Shown here piece by piece: positions 43,047-56,549 of a stretch of 64,000 nucleotides of DNA (positions within the stretch are counted from its first letter, which is position 1; every line of letters begins with the position of its first letter). The stretch comes from Batkoa obscura. Lineage: Eukaryota. A model generated the notes under the pieces. The model was not told where the DNA came from. It saw only the letters and a program-made list of their open reading frames with translations, and searched no databases. The stretch spans positions 62,001 to 126,000 of the forward strand of contig JASVEC010000018.1 in assembly GCA_030770535.1 (NCBI GenBank), in the 5' to 3' direction. A program made the translations under genes and the position numbers.

Positions 43047-44559
43047 ATGGCTGAACCTTACGTAGATCCTTGGGTATATTAACTATATTAATCATTATTT
43101 CATTGAATTAAATCCTTTAGAATGTGTGTCTTAACACTCCATTAGAGCAAGAAGATAGTGAGATCTTTTATCTTATTGAAGAAGAAAAGTTCCGTCAATT
43201 CTCTGGTCTTGAACTTATTGCTTCAGAAAATTTTACTTCTCGCGCTGTTATGGAAGCCAATGGATCTTGTTTAACAAACAAATATTCTGAAGGTCTCCCT
43301 GGTGCTCGTTATTATGGTGGTAATGAGGTTGTCGATAAAGTTGAACAACTTTGTATCAAACGTGCTCTTGCTGCATTCAAACTTTCCCCAGAACGTTGGG
43401 GTGTTAATGTACAACCTTACTCTGGCTCTACTGCCAATTTTGCTGCCTTTACTGGTATGATTAAGCCTTTTGATCGTGTTATGGGATTAGATCTTCCTTC
43501 TGGTGGTCATTTAACCCATGGCTATCAAACTGCTAAGAAGAAGATTTCCTCATCTTCAATCTATTTCCAATCTATGCCATACCAAGTTGATAGTGAAACT
43601 GGTTATATTGATTATGATCGTCTTGAAGCCAATGCCAAACTTTTCCGTCCACAAATTTTAATCTGTGGTGCTTCAGCTTACCCTCGTGATTGGGACTTTG
43701 CTCGTCTTCGTCAAATCGCTGATCAACATGGTGCTTATCTTCTTTGCGATATGGCTCATATTTCTGGCCTTGTAGCTGGTGATGTTGTCAATGATCCTTT
43801 CAATTATTGTGATGTTGTAACCACCACTACCCACAAAACCCTTAGAGGTCCTCGTGCTGGTATGATTTTCTTCCGTCGTGGAAATGATGATCCTAAACAC
43901 GTAGATCTCGAATCTCGTATCAACCAAGCTGTTTTCCCATCTTGCCAAGGTGGTCCACACAACCACACCATTGCTGCTATTGCTGTAGCTTTAAAACAAG
44001 CTGCTTCATTTGAGTTCCATGATTATGCTTTACAAGTCAAGCGTAATGCTGTTGCCTTAGCTGATGAATTAATTTCACTTGGTTATAAAGTTGTAACTAA
44101 TGGTACTGATAATCATTGTATCCTTTGGGATCTTCGTCCAATCAACCTTACTGGATCTAAGTTAGAAAAGGTTTGTGATGCTGCACATATCACTATTAAC
44201 AAAAATGCTGTACATGGTGATGTTTCAGCTCTTTCCCCAGGTGGTGTACGTCTTGGAACTAGCTCCCTTACTTCTCGTTCATTTAATATTCAAGATTTCA
44301 TTAGAGTTGCCTATTTCTTAGATCGCGCTGTAAAAATTGCTCTTAAAGTTCAGGTAATTTCAAAATATGATTTAATTTTATACATCTAATTAATTATTAG
44401 GAATCTGCCCCATCTAAATTGTTAAAAGATTTTGTCAAAGAGCTTCAAGGTAATGAAGAAATACTAGATCTTAAAGCTGAAGTTCAAAATTTTGCTCGTT
44501 CATACCCTATGCCAGGATTCAACCCAGTTGAGATCAAACGTTTATCACAATTACAATAG
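43047..44559 (+). CDS. SHM2: Serine hydroxymethyltransferase (no presequence, likely cytosolic)
   Basis: [59 protein letters not shown]; 2 introns. Confidence 0.95.
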
Positions 44560-45114
44560 ACGTTAATATTCTAAAGTTTACCTTTTCAATAAATTTATAT
44601 ATAATAAGATGAATTAAATTTAGTACAATTGTAAATACTTTTTATAATATAAGGTTTAATGTGGATTTTTTTTCTAAATACATTCAAACTGGAATTGTTT
44701 TATTTTAACAATAAATAAATTAAAATCATGTAATATAGCTGTTTTTAGGTTTCAAGCAACCAAGTGAATTACAATGATGATTGAAACCAAGTCTATACAT
44801 TAATATGTTAAAAGGACATCTATATGATATCATTAGTGATAGTAGATACATGTTCTCTTGTATATAAATTATAGTATAAAGATTTAAAGTAATATCTTTA
44901 CCAAAATAAAAGGTGGACTTATTTTAATGATGGAATTGGAAGTGATTTTTACAAGTCTAAGTCTTAGATTCTAATAGTTTTTATTAAGGATAGTTGGATA
45001 AAATATTATGATATTGATATAACAATAGAATATTTGGTTTTAAGGCTGATGCAACTATTTTAGAATTAAATATAGTATAACAATCAAAATAAAAATACTA
45101 GTAAAATTCTAAAT

Positions 45115-46250
<1,136 letters not shown>

Positions 46251-46481
46251 TATTAAAGTTAAAATGTAATTAAATTATATTTTTTCTCTTGAAATATATT
46301 CGAATTGTTAAACTTGCTAAATTTTAGCTATGATTTTTATTTAATTGGTTATTACTAAAATCGCTTTAATCATACTGAGGCTATAATAGCATATAAACTA
46401 GAGTATTTTATAGTGTAAACAAGTAGAAAGGCACAATTAATAAGCCAAAAGTTTATTTTTGCCTACAATAAATAAGATATC

Positions 46482-47219
46482 TTAATGACGCGCCACTGTT
46501 TGTACGTAATGGATTAGCACTTTGGACAATAGTTTTAACGAATAAATTAAACAGCTAACTTTGACCACTTCTGTAGCAATATAAAGCAAATATGAAAAAG
46601 AACGCGATTGATTTTCATTGGCTGTGATATGATTATTATTGATTCTACTGTAAGTTACAGTGGATTGAGAAGGACTATCTGAGCCATTGGTAGAAGTAGA
46701 AGTAGGAGTAGAGGTAGTGGTATTATCTGGGATAACATTCGAAGCTATCAAGAACTGAGACCTATGTAATAAAGCAGGTAATAGCCAACAGGTTTGTAAG
46801 AAGCCAACTAGTACAATAGGTGATAAAATGGATAAGTTTAAAGACTCCAACTCGTTGAATTTATAGGGTAATTGAAGAGTAGGCGTAGTCCATTGCATTT
46901 CTAACAAATGTAATAAAGTTATACTAATTAGTATCTCAAACTTATTAAATGTTGACAAAACATGTCGGCTAATATCTAAGCTTATGATGGTTGTCAACGT
47001 TGGTGCTAAAGTCTTTATAAAGTTTTGTAATAAAGTGATACTTATTATACTTCCCAACCAGAAGCTGGTTAATGAAAATAAAGCTAGTGTATGACTTACC
47101 ACTGTAAGTTCAGGGGTTAGCATCAATCGGATAAAATAGCTTATCACGGATAAAAATAACAATGTGTGAAAGCTTGATAGCGGGTTTATTATAAAGGAGG
47201 ATATATCGCTCTTATTCAT
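46482..47219 (-). CDS. Uncharacterised multi-pass membrane protein (DUF4149-like)
   Basis: Intronless 245-aa ORF with about 5 hydrophobic segments; FWLG..ISI......K..APT.T....LD..RHV...FNKFE pattern. Confidence 0.6.
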   Translation of the reverse strand: MNKSDISSFIINPLSSFHTLLFLSVISYFIRLMLTPELTVVSHTLALFSLTSFWLGSIISITLLQNFIKTLAPTLTTIISLDISRHVLSTFNKFEILISITLLHLLEMQWTTPTLQLPYKFNELESLNLSILSPIVLVGFLQTCWLLPALLHRSQFLIASNVIPDNTTTSTPTSTSTNGSDSPSQSTVTYSRINNNHITANENQSRSFSYLLYIATEVVKVSCLIYSLKLLSKVLIHYVQTVARH

Positions 47220-47523
47220 GATTTAATATACAATAGTTGATTAAAAAGGAGCTAAATTGTGTATTTTCTACATTTTAAACTAAGATGACGTTACAAATTT
47301 CCTAAAAGTGAGGCAAATGAGATACAGCAAATTATAAGTGACTATCTAAGCCAAAATCCAGAGCTAATTGGTCTTGCAATCTATTTGAATTTACTCTGTT
47401 CTAATTAAAACATTAATCTAATTTAAGCACAAAGCAAGTCATTAAAATTTGAACTATTTTATCATTTTTAGTTTTAAAATAAATAATAGGAATCGTTAAG
47501 TAATAATAAGCTTTGCAAAAGAA

Positions 47524-50377
47524 ATGGACAAATTACGTAGAGCAGTATTATCGCCAACGCACAATGAAAAGGAGAGAACTGAAAATGTACGTGTTGGGAT
47601 TCGATTAAAACCAACTAAAACTACAGAAAACTCTTCCCCTTGGGTATTTGAAGAACTTCCGCACACATTTCCAAAGATTCAATTGGACCCCAAGTATTGC
47701 GAAAGGTTTAAGAAGCCCAATTTTTCTCAAATTTATGGTATTTATTACCAACAAATATATTGATTCAGCTAATTTCACCATTTTAGACCTTTGCTTTACA
47801 GGCTCAGATAATTTTGAGGTCTATTCAAAGTGTGGGAGAGATATTGTGTTGTAAGTTTAAAATTTTAATTGTAAGCTTTATTTAATCATAATTATAACTA
47901 TATAGATCCGCTATGGAAGGTTATAATGGTAGCTTAATTTTGAATTTTTTGGTTGATTACTTATATTTGGCAGGTACATTATTTGCTTATGGACAAACGA
48001 GCTCTGGAAAAACTTATGTAAGAAAAATTGTTATTTTTTATATTATAAAACTGACCAGCTTTTATTCAACTTATTTAATATCCCAAAAATAGACGATGGT
48101 AATTAGAGTTAATATTATATTTCTATAAAAATTAATCTATTTAGACTGGTATTATTTGTTTAAAATAAAGTTACCATTTTTATTTAAAAATAATTAAGGT
48201 ACTGAAGAAGAGCCTGGAATTATCCCTCAAGCTGTAGATGATATCTTTAAATACATCAAAAGGGTAGATTTGATTAATTTAGTTGATATAATCCCTAAAT
48301 AGTACAACTATTATTATAGACTGGCGGAAGTAAAGAATACCTTTTGAGAGTATCGTATATAGAGATCTATAATGAAACAATTAAAGATCTATTATCACCT
48401 GAAATGGGAGATTTAAGAGTACATGAAGACAAAATAGTAAACTTAAATTTGAATTTTACTCTAAATATTGCTAATAAATTTAGAGAGGCGTTTATGTGGC
48501 TCCGTTGAAAGAGGAGATAGTAACAACGCCAAAACAAGTAATGAAAATTATTGATCGTGGAGAAGGTATATTTCAATTTCATGACTGCTTTTTTATTTAT
48601 TATTTTTAGCTAACAGGCACATTGCATCTAATGATTATCATGAGCATTCCTCAAGATCGCATACTTTATTTCAGATCGTAATTAGTTTATGAATATGATA
48701 AAAATAATTTATTAATCAATTTTAAATTAGCTAATTGAATGTCGAGATGATAGTCACTCTAAATTGAGCTTAAACAAAAGGCATGTATTGGGGTTCCACA
48801 AAAAACAACAAGGTGGGGTTAAATTCTCCCAGCTTGTAAGGCTTTATTTATTGAACCACGCTATTACTAATCCACCTTATTAGAACTTAATTGATTTGGC
48901 AGGATCTGAAAAAAATAGTACTGATGGAGAGAGACGCAAAGAAGCGGCCTTTATAAATAAAAGTTTACTAACTTTAGGCTCAGTCATATCTAAGATTGCC
49001 GATGGCAAAGTAGGACATATCCCATATCGAGATTCTAAACTAACTAGAGTTTTACAAAGTGCATTAAGTGGGAATTCTAGAATTGGGGTTATTTGCACTA
49101 TTAATTCTGCAGGAACTTATGTTGAAGAAAGTTTAAGTACATTAAAATTTGGAGCAAGAATTAAAACGATAACAATTAAGGCTCAAAAGAATCCAATCAA
49201 AGATGGAAAAGCGTTGATTCAAAAATATCAAAGTGAGATTAATGATTTGAAAATAAAATTAGTTGACACAAATACTACTATTGAGAAAAGTCAATCTGAA
49301 GAGTTAGAGCAACTTAGACAAAAGAATCAACAATATGAAGGCGAATTACTAGAACTTAATTTAGCTAGAACAGCATATAAAGAAAGAATTGATCATCTTA
49401 CTAAATTAATATTAACATCCACGTCAATGGAGGATAAAGTATTTAAACGCTCAAGACCACTTTCAGTACATATATCTCAAAAAGAAAAAGGATTCTTTAG
49501 TCAACGATTAAGTTTTATGGGGAAACAAAAGGATCGTAATGAACGATTAGATTGGGTATTAGAAGACCTAAAATTTAAGAATCGATATATCCAAGCGCTT
49601 GAAACATTATTAGATTCACTTGATAATGAATCCGGGATTTATGAAGACCCAACAGTTATTTATAAAAAATATCAAAATATTTTAAATAACAAAAACGCAT
49701 GGGAAGAAGACAATCATTCCCAATCTCAACAACAAGCCAAAGCTATTGAAGAAAAAGTTAGTACTACTTTAGGTAGAGTAGCCTCATTAAGATTATCAAG
49801 ACAATTTTCACGTACAGAATCAGATATATTGTCTACTTTAAATTTACCAAGGACTTTACCATTTGACCCAACAAGAGAATCAAGCCAAAGAGGTTCTGAA
49901 AAATCACCTTCAAATGACTCATTTTATACACCCATAAACCAAGATGAGATAAATGAGACAAATAATAAATCAGAAATTGTAGAAATGGAAGAAATTATTG
50001 AAGATCAAAATAGGGTTATATTGGAGCTTGAGCAAGAACGTAAAGTACAATCAAAACAAGTTACAGATTTAAAGGATAAAGTGAAGAGGTTGGAATTGTT
50101 ATTGTTTAAGAAAGCAGAGATTGAAGCCGCATCAAATAATTTAAAAAGTGATGAGACTACGTTTGCACAACGTAGGGTGACAGAGCTTGAACAAGCTTTA
50201 GAGCAAGAAAGAGAGTGGAGAAAAAAATATCTTTTACTAAATTCAAAGGATGCTATGGAGGGTTTGGAATCACTAAGTTTAAATGAAGATGCCCTCAAAT
50301 CTTCATCTCCTATTCCACCCCCTAGGTTGAGGCCACCTAACACCCTAAGGACTGAATCACCTTCCTCTACCTATTAA
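47524..50377 (+). CDS. Kinesin-7 (CENP-E/Kip2-like) motor protein
   Basis: VRVGIRLKP, AMEGYNGTLFAYGQTSSGKTYTM, VSYIEIYNE, SSRSH, LIDLAGSE, INKSLLTLG, HIPYRDSKLTRVLQ; C-terminal coiled coils. Confidence 0.92.
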
Positions 50378-51036
50378 TTAAAGTAATAATCATTTTTGTT
50401 ACTTTGAGTTTATATTTAATCGGTTCCGTTCATTTGAAGTAAACTAGTTTAGTATCTTTATAAATTTGATGTTAAAAATATAAGTGTTTTCGATTTTAAA
50501 CTTTTTTATAGAACGATACAAACTATAAATGTTACCCCATTTGAGGCTTTATATTTTATAATTAGATATACTAAATATGTAGAGTATAGGATCTCTAAAA
50601 AATAAATTATTACATTAATAAATAAATTCACGAAATATAATTTTATATTATTAAGTCTAAAATTTAGTTATGTTATATTCATTAATATATCTATAAATTT
50701 TTATTATCATTATAATGCTAATTTTTATTATACTACTTTTTATTTTGATATTAATTTAAGATTTAATTTATCCAATCAATTAAAGTTCATTTTTAGTCAA
50801 ATCTTTAGTAATAGCCAGATAATTTGCTAGTACTCAAGTAAAAAAGGTCTCTCTTTTACAAAAACAGTAGATAAGGTATGTCATATACTCTTAATTATTC
50901 AGTTAAATAAAACACATCCATCGGAGAATATTAAATAGAATGATATAACAAATTATCACTATCGTTATAATTGAATTGTTATGAAACTATTATTAAAGAA
51001 ATATATTTATCAAATTATATATTAGCTAATTGAGCC

Positions 51037-51319
51037 ATGTCTAAGTCTAAGAATCATACCAATCACAACCAAAGTAAATTTTAAATTTTAAATTTTAAGA
51101 ACATTATATTTAAACTAAATAGACCGTAAGGCTCATCGTAACGGTATCAAAAAGCCAAAGACTTTCCGTTATTCTTCTAACCGCGGTGTAAGCTTATTTA
51201 TCTAATGTATACTTTTTATATTTATAATAATTCAGGTTGATTCCAAATTCATCCGTAACCAACGTTTTGCCAAAAAGGGTACTTTCACTGCCCTTAAAGC
51301 AGCTGCTGCCCAACAATAA
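51037..51319 (+). CDS. RPL29: 60S ribosomal protein eL29
   Basis: MSKSKNHTNHNQ NRKAHRNGIKKPK..RYSS.RG VDSKFIRNQRFAKKG; 2 introns; not in the ORF track. Confidence 0.95.
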
Positions 51320-52050
51320 ATAAAACATAATTTAAGGGTTTAATTAAATATTAAAAAGTTTTATTCTTGTGTTCAGTTCGATGGTAATTGTTTAAATTTT
51401 TATTTATTTAATAGTAGGAATGAATAGATGGAGCGAAGTATAAAAATAATGTTTTTAGATTTACACATGAAAAGGAATGAATAAAGTTATTAAGTTAGGA
51501 ACGCAGTACAAAATAGTGTAACAATATTAATACAAGTTCACTAATAGAGTCTTTTATTATAAATGAAGTATTACAGCTGAATGCTGATTTAAACGACTTG
51601 AAAAGGATGAGATACACGAATAATATTAAATCAAAAACTTGTCAAACGCGTCATAAAATACTTTACTTTTCAATATTTAAATTATCAAAATAAACAAACA
51701 TTAGTTCAGTTTACTATCGAATTTATAGTATATTTTTTATTTTGTTGATTGATTTTTTAGTATATATTGATATATTACCATTATTGATTATTATTTCTAT
51801 TTGAGATTATCAGATATCCCCTCTATTCATATACAGATAGTATCATATCTATTATTAATTTACATAATTATTTCATACCAGTATTAGTAGAATTCTATTT
51901 CTATTTTTATTAACAAGCATCATTATAGTTCTAAATATAGTAACTCCTATAGTTTCAAAAAAATTATAAAATCTAAAATGACATAGAATTTTCTAGACTT
52001 GTTTGAAAGTAATAAAATTAGATTAAGCTCAAAAAGGACGATACAACACA

Positions 52051-53236
52051 ATGGTAATCTGTACAAGACGAGGCTGCGGGAAAGAAATTAAAGAAGATAA
52101 TGAGAAAGAATCATGTGTGTATCACACTGGTAAACCAGTTTTTCATGAAGGGTTAAAGGGCTGGAGTTGCTGTAATAAAAGGGAAACGGATTTTGACATG
52201 TTTTTAAAGATCCCAGGGTGTAGTGTAGGAAGTCACTCAACTGAAGTTGATTTAGAAAGCAAAGAGTATTATGTTAAACCTGTAGAACAAAAAGAGGAAG
52301 TTAGCAGCCCTAATGTAGCTTTTGATTTAAAACAAGTCTCAGAAGCGTTGCCTCAAGTTAATATTATTTCAAAAGAAGAGAGAAAGGAAAAGGCGAAAGA
52401 GTTGGAAGCGATTGAAATTAATAAAGAGGATGATACCGACAAAGAAGTTAAAGCTGGTACCTTATGTAAAAGACGAGGATGTGGACACAAATTCGTTGAT
52501 AATAAGGTATCAAGAGGAGAAGAAGAAGACTCAAACTGTTATTTTCATCCGGGATTACCTATCTTCCATGAAGGGTCTAAGGGCTACTCCTGCTGCAAAA
52601 GAAAGGTCTTGGAGTTTGACGAGTTTTTAAAAATCAAAGGGTGTGTTCAAAGAAAACACGTTTTTATCGAAAAAATTAATCCACTTGAAAATAAGGTAAT
52701 CTAACTTCATTCAAAGCTATTAATACTAATGATATTTAGAGTGATGAATTATTAAAGTCAGATTGTAGATTCGACTGGTATCAATCACCTTCTCAAGTCA
52801 TCTTATCTATTTTTGCAAAGAAGACAGATAAAGAAGAAAGCGCAATTGTATTTAATAAAGATAAGGTAAAAGGATCCAACGTATATATAAAATAAGCTAA
52901 TCAATTTAATTAGCTAACCGTAAAAATAAAATTCCAAGACAACAAACTATTTGAAAAGGAGTTTGAACTATTCCAGGTAACCATTTATTATCAGATAACA
53001 ATGATAAATTAAACAATATTATTGTTAGTCAATTCAGCCTGAAAACTGCAGCTATGAAGTTTTATCTACTAAAGTAGAAGTTATTTTAGCTAAAGGTAGT
53101 TAGTGATATAATGTTATAAACTAATAAGCTAATATTTTTAATAGATAACAATATGTCTTGGGCATGTTTAGAAAAGACAGATAACATTTCTACTTGGACT
53201 ACATTTGGCTCTAATGATTCACCTTTAAATAAATAA
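52051..53236 (+). CDS. CHORD-domain Hsp90 co-chaperone (CHORDC1/Chp1-like: two CHORD + CS)
   Basis: Two C.RRGCG...C..H.G.P.FHEG.KG.SCC motifs, then CS domain CRFDWYQS...LSTKVEV.L.K....SW..LE. Confidence 0.92.
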
Positions 53237-53275
53237 ACACAAATAAATTTAAAATTTAATCTAATACTCTATATT

Positions 53276-54254
53276 TTATTTTAATACATGCTCAGATAAA
53301 CTATTTAACCATCTCATATATTCATTCTGTTCTTTGAATGAAATATAATCTCTAATAAATTTAGCCATATTATGATCGATGCCTCTAACTTCTAAATAAT
53401 CTTCAAAGCCCGATTTGAGCTCCTAAATAAAAAAATTAATATTTTAATGCAATTGAGATAATATAATTACTTCATGTAATACTTCAAAAGGTACACCTAC
53501 CAACCTTGAGTTAAGATGGATTTGTTTAATTGCTTGAATAGGTTGGACCTCTTGATTTTCAAATCTCTTTATTTGAATAAATCCAAAAAAACCATCAGAT
53601 ACAACACTGTCAAATAGAATACTACCCTTTTTCAACTAATTTTAAGGTTTAGTTTATTATATAATACAGGGTCATTATTTACCTTTGATATGATAATATG
53701 ACACTTGATTGGAAACTCATCAAACTAAAAACAAGTTAATAATGATAAAAAAAAACTAAAATTTATACTTTTGAAAACAATTTAATATCAGTAACATTAC
53801 TGGTTTGAATAGGTGGTATATTAATATCTGCTATTGAAAAGCGAATAATAATATCTCTAATTTCATATTTATTAAATCTAATAATATTGGATTCTAAATT
53901 TTATTACTCTTTTTCATTATATTTTTTGTGCAATTCAACCAAGCTTCCACCTTCTTCTTGTTTTAACTATAATATAATTGAACAAATCACACTATGTTAA
54001 ATTGTTTTATTGTTGTTACCTCATACCCGCTTTGCTGTAAATAAATAGGTAATTCTGGGTTGACTTCTGCTTTGTTTTTTAGCTCAAACTCAAACTCTTT
54101 GCTCAAATAAGTTGATAAATCTTTATTTAATACTAATTTAATTTATTAATATATTATTATATCATAATATTGATATTCAGTTACATGTTTTTGTTGTAGA
54201 ATATAATCTATTGTTAATTATTGATTTAGCTGATCTTTGAAATAATTTAAACAT
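53276..54254 (-). CDS. MAM33: Mitochondrial acidic glycoprotein Mam33/p32 family
   Basis: Presequence MFKLFQRSAKS..RLYS; LSTYLSKE; FSIAD; PFEVLHE.LKSGFEDYLEVRGIDHNMAKFIRDY..FKEQNEYMRWL. Confidence 0.8.
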
Positions 54255-54316
54255 TTTAAAAGTTATTAAAAATCTAAAAAATTATTTTTATTTTTTATAT
54301 CTTTTGTTTTTAAAAA

Positions 54317-55826
54317 ATGACTTCAAATCAAATGTATAATGTGTTAGAATTGTTTAGCGGAATAGGTAATAGGATAAACGTAAATTAATTTCTACATAAT
54401 ACAACTTTATAATAGGTGGAATGGTAACTACAATTTAGTGTGTTGTAATAAACTAAGCTAAATATAAAAAGCACTATGCCCTAAATGAAACAGTATTCTC
54501 CAAGAAGATTAACGAGATAACAGCAATGGATATCAATGATATAGGGAATAAAGTATATGAATATAATTTTAAGAAAAAACCAAAGGCAGTAATGATAACT
54601 TTAGTTTTCTTAATTTAAAAAAGAGGTTGATAAAATTATAGACAAACTTAGATAGCATGAATGCAAGTAGATACAACCATTATAAACCAGATATAATATT
54701 AATGTCTCCGCCATGTCAACCATATACAAGAACTGGTAACCAGTTAAATTTAAAAGATAAAAGAAGTATTTCTTTTATTTCATTTTTAAACTCGTTATCC
54801 GAAATGAATAGTTTAAACTATTTTTTATTAGAAAATGTGTATGGGTTTGAAGTAAGTTTTTTACTGAATAAAAATGATTAATTGTAATATTTTATAGCGT
54901 TCAGAAAGTCGACAAGTATTAGTTGAAAAATGTTTAGAAGCTGGGTTTCAATATCAAGAATTTTTAATTAATCCAATGGACTTAAATATACCCAATTCAA
55001 GGCTAAGATATTATTTTATAGTAAGTTTTTTTTAACCTTTTTTTATGTATTAAAAAGAAATAGGCAAAAAGAGAAAATGTAGGAAACTTTAAAATAGCTC
55101 AAATGAACAAGAGACTATTTTGTAGTAAAAAGACAATGATTATTGATACTGAAAATAACAATTTATTACCATTGACTTTGAATGAAGAAGAATTAATTAA
55201 CGAAATTTATAAAGTTTTATTTGGCATTGATGTTACACAAATGAGTTGTGGTACCGCTAAATTAGCTGAATTTTTAGGTGATTCTATTTTCGATACTAAG
55301 TTATTTGAAGATTATTCAGTACCTGAAAAAGTAATATTATCAAAGTTCACTACTGTCATTTTTTTTATAAATTCTTATTAGATAATTGAAAAATACCTTA
55401 ATGTTTATGGTAATTCTAATCCAATTTAAAAAACACTTATAACTGAATAGATATTGTGGAGCCACATTCTGTTGGAACCTGTTGTTTTACAAAAGGTATA
55501 TGAACGTCTTTGTATTAATTTATTTTCAATAATAATTTAGGTTATACCAAATATGCTCAAGGAACGGGATCAATACTTAAATTAGACGTTAAAGTAAACT
55601 ATAAATTTGCTAAATAGAGCCACTAATAAATTAATATAAGGATGGAAAAGCAACACGTTATCGATACTTTACCGAATATGAAATAGCCAAATTAATGGGT
55701 TTTCCAGTAATGAAAAATAAGTTTGAATTTCCACCGGAAGTAAGTTTAAAGAATCGATATAAATTATTAGGAAACTCTTTAAATGTACTTGTTGTTTCTC
55801 GTTTAATTAACTATATGTTAAGTTGA
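54317..55826 (+). CDS. TRDMT1: DNMT2/TRDMT1 tRNA (cytosine-38-C5) methyltransferase
   Basis: VLELFSGIGGMHYAL, MSPPCQPYTR.G, LLENVYGFE, IPNSRLRYY, DNMT2-type CCFTKGY....GTGS, RYFT..EIA.LMGFP, YKLLGNSLNV. Confidence 0.93.
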
Positions 55827-55943
55827 AATAAAAATAGATTTAGACATTAAAGTTAGTTTATTTTAAAAAACATCATTTTACTTTTTTATAATTTTGTTCA
55901 TTTGGGTAAACAAAAAGTTAAAGCTTCATATTGCGGAACCAGA

Positions 55944-56014
55944 TGCGTACACTGGGAATCGAACCCAGGCCACTTCTTTGGAAGAGAAGTATTCTACCTC
56001 TATACTATGTACGC
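55944..56014 (-). tRNA. tRNA-Gly (anticodon TCC), intronless
   Basis: Acceptor stem GCGTACA/TGTACGC+A; D arm ..GGTAGAAT; anticodon arm CTTCT-CTTCCAA-AGAAG; T arm CTGGG-TTCGATT-CCCAG; T5 run about 28 nt downstream. Confidence 0.95.
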
Positions 56015-56052
56015 TATTCAGACAGTACAAATAATCTCAGTTTATTAATAAA

Positions 56053-56147
56053 TGTGGATATTTGTCTTCATTGCTTTTTCCATTTTTGAGCACTATTTGA
56101 GTGGAAAGATTGTTAGCAAAGTTCTTGAACGAAAAAATACATCACCA
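56053..56147 (-). mobile_element. MITE copy 6, about 40 bp upstream of the tRNA
   Basis: Reverse copy: TTTTTCCATTTTTGAGCACTATTTGAGTGGAAAGATTGTTAGCAAAGTTCTTGAACGAAAAAATACATCACCA. Confidence 0.8.
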
Positions 56148-56549
56148 AATGTTTTCAGACCTTATAGCTCAGTTTATTTTATCCAAGTTATCTGTGTACT
56201 TGACAGGGTTTAATATGTAAACTTTGATTTAAAAAGCAATGTCTTATCTAACTAGACTTTGGGGATCATTTTTTAATTGTGTATATGATAATTTTCGAAA
56301 ATCGTTAAATAGTATACAAACCCTCAAATATGAAGTGATATCTTTGGGGTTGTTTATCTTTTCTTTTAAACGTTGGAATCATAGAACAAATGTCTATGTT
56401 AATTCATAAGACTATAAAAGAAGACAAATATCCGTCCATTTTTCGATAATAAAATTGTTGAATTCATTTGCTAAATTTTATAAAGCTCAACTAGAAATCA
56501 GCAAAGTCAATTAATTTAATCACTATACTATATTTATTGATAGTTTAAT

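Noticed and set aside
55826..56014. Functional pairing of DNMT2 with the adjacent tRNA-Gly
   Set aside because: The anticodon loop is CTTCCAA, so position 38 is A rather than the C38 that DNMT2 methylates. Adjacency is probably coincidental.
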